From a virus (taxonomy: Duplodnaviria > Caudoviricetes), in IMG/VR virus record IMGVR_UViG_2890906962_000004, positions 28,175 through 92,174 of that record: 64,000 nucleotides of DNA. The stretch is one strand, 5' to 3'. Below the pieces are notes generated by a model. That model made no database searches and had not been told where the DNA came from. It worked only from the letters and a program-made list of their open reading frames with translations. Position 1 is the stretch's first letter, and every line of letters begins with the position of its first letter. Shown one piece after another: positions 38,687-47,044 of this stretch. Made by a program: the position numbers and the translations under genes.

Positions 38687-41626
38687 GTGACTCAAACTGA
38701 CCAACTAAACGGAGCCGCGAGTATTGATGAATTAATCGTACTCTTAAACTCCACCGAGAAAACGCAAACCGATACAGGGCGATCCTCACATGTCGTGACA
38801 ACCAAAGGAGGGCAGGTTAAAACCGCTTTTAAGGTTGTCGATGCCAGTAGCCTAATCATTTCCAACAACCAGGATGGGACCATTAATCCGGCGTTCCCGG
38901 CTGAACTGCAGCCACGCGACCGCACACGTCTAGCCAGTAAACTACAGGTGCAAAAAATTGCCGCGTCACTGCGACCGGAACAACTTACCGATTCTGGACT
39001 GAGCAGCCAGGGCTCACCCATTATCGGCCCTGATAACGTAGTTGAATCCGGTAATGGCCGCTCAATGGGGATCGTGCGCGCCTATCAACAAGGGCAAGCA
39101 GATGATTACCGCCAGTTTCTCATTGACCATGCCGCAGACTATGGCTTGTCAGCCGATGAAATCAGTAAATTTAAGCAGCCGGTACTTGTGCGAGAGCGTC
39201 AAACAGACGTAGACCGCGCGCAATTCGCCCGTGACTCGAACCTTTCCGATCTACAGGAAATGTCGGCCAGTGAAAAGGCGTTTTCTGATTCGCAATTCCT
39301 ATCCGATAACACCATGGCGCTCTTTGCACCGAGCGATGATGGTAACTTACTGGCTAAGTCTAATATGTCGTTTATCCATGCTTTCTTGCGCGAGATCGGC
39401 GATAACGCCTCAGCAGGATTGCTTACAGAAGACGGACGGCCAACCAAGCAGCTGATTGACCGCTTACAGAACGCCATCTTTGCCAAAGCCTATAAAGACG
39501 ACCGGCTAGTGAAACTGGTGTCCGAAGAACCCGATCCTGATATGCGCAATATCCTGACCGCGCTCAACGTGGCGGCGAGTGACTTTGCACAAATGAGCCG
39601 TGTTTCGGGCGATAACCATAAATCGACCGTGAGCGGCTTAGTTGATGGTATCGAGAATGTAGACGACCTAGACCAGCAAGCCATTGCAGCACTGCAGGAG
39701 GCGATTAATCTTGTCCGGGAAGCAAAAGATAACGGCCAGGCTATCGAAGAAGTGATCGCTCAGCGTGGGCTGTTTGAAGAATCAACGAAGGAGGCAGAAT
39801 CCCTTGCATTATTCATTGTGTCTAACAACCGAAGTGCTAAACGCATGGGCGCGGCTTTTAAGCTTTTGGCGAGTAAAATTAATGAGGAAATTACCCACCA
39901 GCAGCAAGCTATTGGGGATATGTTCGGCCAAGTACCAGTAGACCTAAAATCCATTCTCAGCGCCGTATCAGCGCAGATTGAGGATGAATTCGGCGAAGGG
40001 AAAGGGCTTAACTTTGCGATGTTTGAGGCCGCTGGTGGCCGTAAAACCCTCAAAGATGTGCTAGGCGGTTGTACTAATTGTGACGATATAGAACACGTCA
40101 TAGATATGCTAGAACCTGAGCTATCAGATTATAGCCGGTACGCGGCCGCTGTTAATCTTCTATCATCGACCACGCCAGATAATCAGGCCGCTTTAGCGAC
40201 CTATCAGAAAATCGCCGCCTCAGTATTACCGCCGTCAGTACGCGGAATTAACCAAAGCAATATGTGGATAGTGGCTAACTACTTTTTAGGGGTATTTCCT
40301 ACGCTCAAAGAGTACAAGGCGCTATTTTTGGACGGTTCGCCCTATCAGTACCTATCACTAATAAATCACTTAATTGGCGAGCAGTACGCGGTAACTGATG
40401 AAAATATTGCGATGGCTCGGCAAGTCAGCACCATGATTTATAGCTTTGTGAAAAGTAATGGCTTACTGCCTAACATCGTCCAAGCCGTACTTAAAACGCA
40501 ATCAATCCAATGGGCGGATGTTAAGCCAATACTCGACCTTGCACAGAAAGTTAGCGTAGAAAGCCAGATCACCCCACAGGAAGCAGCAGAAAGAAAAGAT
40601 GCTACGATTGCTACCGGCGATAAGGTGATCAGCGGTGCTAAACCAATGGAGGACCGCCAGGAGACTCTGAAAAATAATATCTTGGCGAATAATGATGAAG
40701 CGGTATCCCTAATCGAAAAATACGGCGGCATAGACGCGATTTATAAGGCTTGCGGCTACAGCGCTAACATTGAAAACATACTCGCGGTCGCAATAGGCTC
40801 ATTCGCTGGTTCTTACGAGATGAATAAAGCGCTTTTGACCATTCCAACACTGGACGATGGGAAATTCGAGCAATTTGATACGTTCGTGAAAAACTATCCC
40901 GATCTCTATCAGAGCCTAACCGAATTACGCTTAAAGGCGTTATCGGGTAAAGGTGCTGAGGCGCAAGGTCCAGACGCCACAGCCGAGCCAGGAACAATCC
41001 CTAAAGTGCTTTCTGATATGATGGAGAGCTCAAGCATTAGCAAAGAGCAGGGTGATAAGTTCGCGCAATCTATCAACATACCGAAAACAGATCAGGCGTA
41101 TTTTGACAAGGTTTATGGAAAGGGGACGGTTCAAGAGAACCTCAGCATGATTTATCGCCTTGTGGGAGGCAAGCTGACCACACTGAAAAGTATCAGGCTC
41201 GATAAGCGTAAAAGAGGGCGCTCCTATGCCTCAGTGTCAGAATCGCTCGTTGTTATGCGTAAAGGCGCAGGTATGGATGTGTTATGGCATGAAATAGGGC
41301 ACCATATTGAGTTTTCAAACCCGGTCCTGCTACAAATGGTCAAAGAACACCTGCGTAGCCGTAAAATAAACGACAGGATGATTGTTAGCGGTACCGGCAG
41401 TGATGCGGAATATTATTTTAACTGCGATTTCTCACATCAATATGCTGGCCGGTCATACAACGATGTGGGGAATATCAACGATATTGACTCGCTACCTTGT
41501 ACAGAAGTGATCAGTATGGGGATTCAAGCGCTGGTAAACCCTGATTATGGTAGGCCAAGCCTTGAAAAAGGCGATAATATTGTACAATTGATTGTAGGCT
41601 ACATGCAGGAGGCCCAGCGTGGATAA
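38687..41626 (+). CDS. ddrB: DdrB-like protein (ParB-like N-domain, C-terminal HExxH zincin-like domain)
   Basis: LQPRDRTR and VESGNGR motifs; WHEIGHHIE near the C-terminus. Confidence 0.85.
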   Translation: MTQTDQLNGAASIDELIVLLNSTEKTQTDTGRSSHVVTTKGGQVKTAFKVVDASSLIISNNQDGTINPAFPAELQPRDRTRLASKLQVQKIAASLRPEQLTDSGLSSQGSPIIGPDNVVESGNGRSMGIVRAYQQGQADDYRQFLIDHAADYGLSADEISKFKQPVLVRERQTDVDRAQFARDSNLSDLQEMSASEKAFSDSQFLSDNTMALFAPSDDGNLLAKSNMSFIHAFLREIGDNASAGLLTEDGRPTKQLIDRLQNAIFAKAYKDDRLVKLVSEEPDPDMRNILTALNVAASDFAQMSRVSGDNHKSTVSGLVDGIENVDDLDQQAIAALQEAINLVREAKDNGQAIEEVIAQRGLFEESTKEAESLALFIVSNNRSAKRMGAAFKLLASKINEEITHQQQAIGDMFGQVPVDLKSILSAVSAQIEDEFGEGKGLNFAMFEAAGGRKTLKDVLGGCTNCDDIEHVIDMLEPELSDYSRYAAAVNLLSSTTPDNQAALATYQKIAASVLPPSVRGINQSNMWIVANYFLGVFPTLKEYKALFLDGSPYQYLSLINHLIGEQYAVTDENIAMARQVSTMIYSFVKSNGLLPNIVQAVLKTQSIQWADVKPILDLAQKVSVESQITPQEAAERKDATIATGDKVISGAKPMEDRQETLKNNILANNDEAVSLIEKYGGIDAIYKACGYSANIENILAVAIGSFAGSYEMNKALLTIPTLDDGKFEQFDTFVKNYPDLYQSLTELRLKALSGKGAEAQGPDATAEPGTIPKVLSDMMESSSISKEQGDKFAQSINIPKTDQAYFDKVYGKGTVQENLSMIYRLVGGKLTTLKSIRLDKRKRGRSYASVSESLVVMRKGAGMDVLWHEIGHHIEFSNPVLLQMVKEHLRSRKINDRMIVSGTGSDAEYYFNCDFSHQYAGRSYNDVGNINDIDSLPCTEVISMGIQALVNPDYGRPSLEKGDNIVQLIVGYMQEAQRG

Positions 41627-41942
41627 GGTAACTGAAAGTAAGGTGCCGGTGACGATTAACGGCGTTAGCGGAGAGATTGTGTTTAATGGCCCTGACCTTA
41701 ACGATCTGGACGAAGATTGCATCGTATCGACCACTGGCGACTTAACGCCGGTGATGCTGGGAAAATATTTCTTTGATAATGCGCGCCCATTCCCTTATGA
41801 CGATCCAACGATGTATGAAGGATTGCCGCCTTATTCGGTGCTGAACCTGTTAGCGATTTTTGGATTGGAATTCGTATGGCCACCAGAAATTGTTATCCCG
41901 GAAAGGTCAGAATTTGATGAACTAATGCCGGAAATTAACTAA
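41619..41942 (+). CDS. small acidic protein in the P1 hxr position
   Basis: Overlaps the ddrB end; synteny only. Confidence 0.55.
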   Translation: MDKVTESKVPVTINGVSGEIVFNGPDLNDLDEDCIVSTTGDLTPVMLGKYFFDNARPFPYDDPTMYEGLPPYSVLNLLAIFGLEFVWPPEIVIPERSEFDELMPEIN

Positions 41943-42014
41943 CAAAAAAGGGCCTTAACGGCCCTCTTTTCTGTCTTATTCCTTAAAAATCTTTTAGCCT
42001 TTTTCCCCAAAGAA

Positions 42015-42503
42015 CTAATTATTTTTAACGCCATCATAATCAAGAATGCTTTTTCGATATTTACGATGTATATAGTAAATGTAAAATGGGATCAATAAAA
42101 TATCTAAAAGGACAGATGCATAAGCATATGTGTTGGTAAAGTGAGCAGCATCTTGAACAATCCAAATTGCAGGTATAGCTATAGAAAATATTACCCAAAC
42201 CCTTGTAATGGTTGGACCAAAAGATATTCTTTCAAAGAAACCTGTGGTATCTAATATGTAGACTGTAAGCGTAAGTAATAAAAATATTAAGTCTCTGTAA
42301 TTTATTAAAAATTCCACAAATGTACTGTGAGTCGGACTAATAAGGTAAGTGCCAGCCAGGGCATCAATCTCTTCAAGTTCTATTAAGAGATAAAACCCAA
42401 AACCAACAAGGGTTAATATAAAACCTAAGCACAGGAAAGCACAGCCAAACGGATGTTTTTTAATATTATATATAGTTGTGGAACAGTTATCTGACAGACG
42501 CAT
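42015..42503 (-). CDS. AT-rich four-TM membrane protein (moron)
   Basis: Hydrophobic segments; low GC; opposite strand to its neighbours. Confidence 0.7.
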   Translation of the reverse strand: MRLSDNCSTTIYNIKKHPFGCAFLCLGFILTLVGFGFYLLIELEEIDALAGTYLISPTHSTFVEFLINYRDLIFLLLTLTVYILDTTGFFERISFGPTITRVWVIFSIAIPAIWIVQDAAHFTNTYAYASVLLDILLIPFYIYYIHRKYRKSILDYDGVKNN

Positions 42504-42544
42504 TTAAATATCCATTATCGTTTTGTAATTAACAAGTATCTTAA

Positions 42545-42567
42545 ACAAATCTCTAACTCAATAACAT
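42545..42567 (+). promoter_or_regulatory. putative late promoter of the endolysin gene
   Basis: ACAAATCTCTAACT-N3-TAACAT. Confidence 0.75.
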
Positions 42568-42598
42568 CCCTACTCCTTAAATATTGGAGTAGTACACA

Positions 42599-43096
42599 AT
42601 GGAGCTTACCCAAGCACAGCAAAATAACCGAAAAGCTTTCGGCGATACATTGGCCTTCTCTGAGGGCACTAGCACTTCACCGGCAACACGCAACAAAGGC
42701 TATGATGTGATCGTGACGGGCACCGATGGAAAGCCTGAAATCTTCACGGACTATAGCGACCATCCTTTCGCAAATCGACCAGGTAAAGTATTCAGCAAGA
42801 ATGGACAACGTTCGACTGCAGCAGGGCGTTATCAGCAACTTTACCGATTCTGGCCGGCTTACAAGCAGCAATTAAAACTCACTGATTTTAGTCCTAAGTC
42901 ACAAGAGCTATTGCTCGATCAGTTGCTCAAAGAGCAAGGCGCTTACCTAGACGTGCTAAACGGCAATATCAATGCTGTATTCGCTAAGTGTTGCGATATT
43001 TGGGCTTCATTGCCTGGTTCGCCCTACGGCCAGCACACGCACGAGCCGCAAACCCTACTGGATGTATTCGTAAAAGCTGGTGGCGTTATCGCTTAA
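42599..43096 (+). CDS. endolysin, lambda R-type lytic transglycosylase
   Basis: AFSEGT, GYDVIV, FTDYSDHP, STAAGRYQ and IWASLPGSPYGQ motifs. Confidence 0.95.
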   Translation: MELTQAQQNNRKAFGDTLAFSEGTSTSPATRNKGYDVIVTGTDGKPEIFTDYSDHPFANRPGKVFSKNGQRSTAAGRYQQLYRFWPAYKQQLKLTDFSPKSQELLLDQLLKEQGAYLDVLNGNINAVFAKCCDIWASLPGSPYGQHTHEPQTLLDVFVKAGGVIA

Positions 43097-43141
43097 CGCG
43101 CCCACAATACCCTATTAGATTAATATCGGTAGGGTATTGTC

Positions 43142-43993
43142 TTAGCAGGAACGAAAGCCTTTAGGGGTTGTGTAGTTCACGTCTGAGTAATCGCTTTTAA
43201 ATGCGCTGTCATTCTTCACGGGCTTACTGGACTGCTTAAACCAATTCATACGAGCACTGAGTTTTGTTGCTTCACGTTGAATCTTGGCGTTGTGCTCACG
43301 TTTTCTATGTAGCTTTTCTTGGTTACGCTCACGCACTCGTTTTGCAACGCCTTTTGCAAGACACTCTCTTAGAAATTTATTACACATTGGCGCTTTCGCT
43401 GGTGGCGAATCTTGCTCGGTAGTTTCATTGGGCTGATTATCCATTGTCGCGGTAGTGTCAGCTGCGCCTTTTACGGTTTCTCTTACTTCTAAAGATTTAT
43501 ATTTATTATTAGCTACGCCATTTTGGCGTGGGGGGGTGTGACAATTTGGCGTAGGGGGAGTGGGTTTAAATTTTATGCTAATCAGTAACTTAGCTATGAT
43601 TGCCTTAACTGCCTTTACATGGTTCCCGATCGACAATCTTTTAGGCTTAATGGCGTTTCTCAATTGTCGTGCGAAGGAAAGGAAGTTAGCAGTAAGCTTG
43701 TAGACGTTAGCCAGGCGCGCGCCGTTATCTTTGTTATAGACCGGAAGCACTTCAACCATGTTGTGTTTCTCAGCTAAAGTGCAATGGCGTGAAGCTGTAC
43801 GAAGGCTAACGTTCGCTATCTCGGCAAGCTGACTTTGTGAGCGGTTGATGATGTATTCATTCGTTGATCCGGCGATGTTGGACGAATCAGAAAAGATACT
43901 GGCGAAAGGAAAGTAAAAGCTTAGTGCTTTAAACGCGTTTTGGATGTCAAAACCCGTTAGACGGGCGGTGTTATTATTGAATTCAGCGTTCAT
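43142..43993 (-). CDS. repL: lytic replication initiator RepL
   Basis: TNEYII, HTH, ANVYKLTANFLSFA and VKAIIAK motifs, Pro/Cys ori segment and GFR C-terminus, as in recalled P1 RepL. Confidence 0.85.
   Translation of the reverse strand: MNAEFNNNTARLTGFDIQNAFKALSFYFPFASIFSDSSNIAGSTNEYIINRSQSQLAEIANVSLRTASRHCTLAEKHNMVEVLPVYNKDNGARLANVYKLTANFLSFARQLRNAIKPKRLSIGNHVKAVKAIIAKLLISIKFKPTPPTPNCHTPPRQNGVANNKYKSLEVRETVKGAADTTATMDNQPNETTEQDSPPAKAPMCNKFLRECLAKGVAKRVRERNQEKLHRKREHNAKIQREATKLSARMNWFKQSSKPVKNDSAFKSDYSDVNYTTPKGFRSC
43490..43560 (-). other. putative oriL inside repL
   Basis: Tandem CCCCC(T/C)ACGCCAAA(T/A)TG repeats followed by an AT-rich stretch. Confidence 0.55.
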
Positions 43994-44010
43994 GTTGGTA
44001 TAATAGCGCT

Positions 44011-44153
44011 CGCTTGTTGGTTACAAGTAAAAGTAAAAAACGGTCCTTGGACCAAGCTCGTTGTTTTATCTCGATGGAGCAATGAGTAGAAAGTTTAGTT
44101 TTGCTACGAATTGAACTTTCGACTAAAGCCACTCTCAGAAGGTGGCTTTTTTT
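44011..44153 (+). ncRNA. putative antisense RNA to the repL leader
   Basis: Extended -10 TGGTATAAT (43996-44004); stems with G-U pairs that work only on + (44056-44087, 44089-44120); terminator 44125-44153. Confidence 0.62.
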
Positions 44154-44176
44154 ACGCCTGAAACAAAGCGGAGCGG

Positions 44177-44205
44177 ATAGTAAACCCTCTAAAAAAAGCG
44201 ATCAA
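44177..44205 (-). promoter_or_regulatory. repL promoter with GATC in the -35 element
   Basis: TTGATC-17-TACTAT on the - strand; two more GATC sites just upstream. Confidence 0.6.
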
Positions 44206-44241
44206 TACTGATCAAGTGATCAGGTTGCAAAGTGAAAGCGC

Positions 44242-44268
44242 AAAAAAGGCGACCGAAGCCGCCTTTTA
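44242..44268 (-). terminator. terminator after pro
   Basis: AAAAAAGGCG...CGCCTTTT. Confidence 0.65.
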
Positions 44269-44283
44269 CCTACCATCTAGCGA

Positions 44284-45285
44284 TTATTGCTGTCTTAATA
44301 CGAAAGGATAGCTAATTGCATCTTTTTTACCGACTGCCGATGTTTTAGGCTGATCGGGTAACTTTCGTTCGCCAATAGGCAAGTCGCGTGTTGCTTTCTG
44401 TGACGCTGATTCTAATAGCGCCGCAACAATTCTTACATCATCCTCAGTTTTCATATTTACCAACGCCTCGCGCTGCGCTTTTGATAAGAAAATAGGCATA
44501 TTTGATACGGCTTCAAGCATAATCTGCTTGCGCTTCTCGTTGTTGCGCTCCAATTCCGCGAGCTGACCGCGCATTACAGATTGCTCGTGACGAGCTCGGC
44601 GACTGCGCGTTTCTTCCATTGCCAATGCGGATTCCAGCATCGCATTACGTTCATATTGCGTAATTGGGTCAACTGCATGTAGCTTGTCGAAGTGCTCAGC
44701 AATATCAATCGCCGCCGACTCGCTAAAGCCGCTCGTTTGTAGGTGCGTAATGATCGAGCTTTGGCGCGATTCTGCCGATTCAAACATCATTCCTTTTTTA
44801 TCTAGGCTGATATAGTTGGGAGTTGTTACGTAGTCCATGCCATGATAGCTATTCACGAACGAGCGAAACGGCTGATCATCGCCACCGGTCGCCCATGACC
44901 AGCCACCAGCTTTCGACTTTTCCATGCCATCGACAATTTGCCCTGGTACGGTGTCCATAATTTCCTGCGAGTGCGTCACAATTCCTGAATCATCGAGCGA
45001 AATTTCTAACGTCCGGTTACTAGGGACGTTATCAAGTAAAACGGGCTTACCATCAACGAAAACCACAGAAGTTTCAGGTAAGTCCAATTCACCCGTTTTT
45101 TCGTAGTTCATTGCACGTCTACCGTGCCCGTAATAGCCGTACATTTCCCCTAGTGCGATACGCTCTTTAACCATTGGATCGCTAAGAGTAGTTGCAATGC
45201 TCTCAAGCAAATATTTGCGGTTATTTTGTGGGGTATATTTCCTGATTTTATCGATCAGGGAAAAGCGGTCAGTTACCGTTCTCAT
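44284..45285 (-). CDS. pro: prohead protease (Pro)
   Basis: GYYGHG, GGWSWATGG and GMDYVTTPNY motifs; follows the portal gene. Confidence 0.88.
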   Translation of the reverse strand: MRTVTDRFSLIDKIRKYTPQNNRKYLLESIATTLSDPMVKERIALGEMYGYYGHGRRAMNYEKTGELDLPETSVVFVDGKPVLLDNVPSNRTLEISLDDSGIVTHSQEIMDTVPGQIVDGMEKSKAGGWSWATGGDDQPFRSFVNSYHGMDYVTTPNYISLDKKGMMFESAESRQSSIITHLQTSGFSESAAIDIAEHFDKLHAVDPITQYERNAMLESALAMEETRSRRARHEQSVMRGQLAELERNNEKRKQIMLEAVSNMPIFLSKAQREALVNMKTEDDVRIVAALLESASQKATRDLPIGERKLPDQPKTSAVGKKDAISYPFVLRQQ

Positions 45286-46976
45286 TAGTTATTTTCCTGT
45301 GGATTTAAGATGAAGTGAGCAAAGGAAACCAATTGTTCATTTGACCAATTAGCCGGGTCGTCACCTAACTGCGGTGCGCTTTCGTTCATCATGCTGCCGC
45401 CGCTTTGCTCGTCAGGGGCTTTGATGGACCGAAATTCTTTAATCATTTGCGCGACTTGTTCCGGCGTCATTTTCAGCTGGTCAATGAATAGGTAACTCAT
45501 AAACGTATCGCTGCCGGACATTTTCGGGCTGTTATTGATGGCATCCATAACCTGAACCAGCAGTGTGACGAAGTTCGCGCGCGCGTCTAGCTCGCGGTTT
45601 TCTTCCTCTTGGATAGCGGTGTTCATTGAATGGAATGTGACGGTGAAAGGGCGGTCCTCGCCGATGTAGGTTTTGCCGTACTTGTACGCCAAGTGAATAT
45701 CTATCAGGCGCTCGATGGCCTGTTTTGCTGCCGCACGGATCCAGTTTGCACGTAATGCGGCTTGGATAGCGGTTTGCGCCCAACCGCCTTCACCGAGGCC
45801 ACCGGACATTTGATCAGCCCATCCCAACATTGTTGAGTCAACGCCCAGGGAAGCTGCCAGCTGGCGAAGATGAAACATAACGTCTTCAATGCCGTTAATG
45901 TCTGCAGGGATTGATTGCGTATCGACCGTAATCCCGTTTTTACCGTTCCCCATAACAGGTATGAGGTGGTTCATAACGGTAGGCATAGCAAGGTTGCTGG
46001 TGGCGCGCCGCTCTAACATATCGTTGTTACGTTTGAGAGATTGCGCGACCGTTCGCGTGTAATTTGCCGCGTTGGCCACATCTAGCGAATCGGTAGAAAG
46101 TGCGATCAGTCGGTCAACTTTGGCACTGTTAAAACGCACGGCTTTTAAGGCTTTCAATGCGCCGGTCAGGTTTAAGAATGGCTCGTAACTGGACTCTAAG
46201 AACGAGGTACCATAGTTTTGCGTTTCCATTACTTCCTTGTCGGCTTCATCGGCTAACAGGCTATAAGGTCGCGCGGTACTGGTTACGGGCATTGTGCCGC
46301 CGTCTGGCTTCCAAAATGGCGTTTTCATCGGGACCAATAGCCACGGCTCAGACAATACTCGCTCGCTCGAATCCTGCTTAGTGATGTAATCACCGGCGAA
46401 GCCTACCAGCTGATTGCCCTGGTAATACTCGCGCACGAAATAAGGCAGTGTGTAGTAACTCGACTCAATCCCCGTGATGCCCTTGCCTTGCTGAGCATAA
46501 GGACGGCAATAACTCGTTCCGAATACGGACATAATCATCGCCATCGAGGGCAACAGGGTATTAATCATATCGCCCAGGTCAGCCGTTAGTTCAGCGCACC
46601 GATCGGCGGCGTCTTTATCGTTTAAATCTTTGGGGGTGATAGCGAAAGAATGTCCGGTTTTCTTGTCTGGCGCGAGGGCATACGTGATGTGAATACTCAG
46701 CGCGGCATTAACGGTCGGACTTTTTGCCATTTCCTCAAAAATTGAGTATTGGCCGTGCCGGTCCCCTGGCAATTGGGCTGTGCTGGTAATGCTATCCCCA
46801 CTTCCTGACATTGCCCCTTCACCATCAATCTGACCTGGCGCACCTGTCACTGCAGAGCGTGAAACTACAGACGAGCCAGAAGATAAATAGAGTGGCGTGG
46901 AATCGGGTCGATTCCCACCAAAGAGCTGCCGGAGGGATTTAACTACGCTGTTCATCGGCTTAGGTATCTTTGCCAT
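45285..46976 (-). CDS. prt: portal protein (Prt)
   Basis: 563 aa; YGTSFLE and GGLGEGG motifs; divergent from darB as in P1. Confidence 0.88.
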   Translation of the reverse strand: MAKIPKPMNSVVKSLRQLFGGNRPDSTPLYLSSGSSVVSRSAVTGAPGQIDGEGAMSGSGDSITSTAQLPGDRHGQYSIFEEMAKSPTVNAALSIHITYALAPDKKTGHSFAITPKDLNDKDAADRCAELTADLGDMINTLLPSMAMIMSVFGTSYCRPYAQQGKGITGIESSYYTLPYFVREYYQGNQLVGFAGDYITKQDSSERVLSEPWLLVPMKTPFWKPDGGTMPVTSTARPYSLLADEADKEVMETQNYGTSFLESSYEPFLNLTGALKALKAVRFNSAKVDRLIALSTDSLDVANAANYTRTVAQSLKRNNDMLERRATSNLAMPTVMNHLIPVMGNGKNGITVDTQSIPADINGIEDVMFHLRQLAASLGVDSTMLGWADQMSGGLGEGGWAQTAIQAALRANWIRAAAKQAIERLIDIHLAYKYGKTYIGEDRPFTVTFHSMNTAIQEEENRELDARANFVTLLVQVMDAINNSPKMSGSDTFMSYLFIDQLKMTPEQVAQMIKEFRSIKAPDEQSGGSMMNESAPQLGDDPANWSNEQLVSFAHFILNPQENN

Positions 46977-46977
46977 C

Positions 46978-47000
46978 GTAAATCACTAACTCCATAAATT
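46978..47000 (+). promoter_or_regulatory. putative late promoter of darB
   Basis: GTAAATCACTAACT-N3-TAAATT. Confidence 0.75.
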
Positions 47001-47014
47001 TATTAATCGCATTA

Positions 47015-47037
47015 ATCCTATGCAGTTCGTTATTTGG
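47015..47037 (-). promoter_or_regulatory. putative late promoter of prt-pro
   Basis: On the - strand CCAAATAACGAACT-N3-TAGGAT, face-to-face with the darB promoter. Confidence 0.72.
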
Positions 47038-47044
47038 GGTACCC

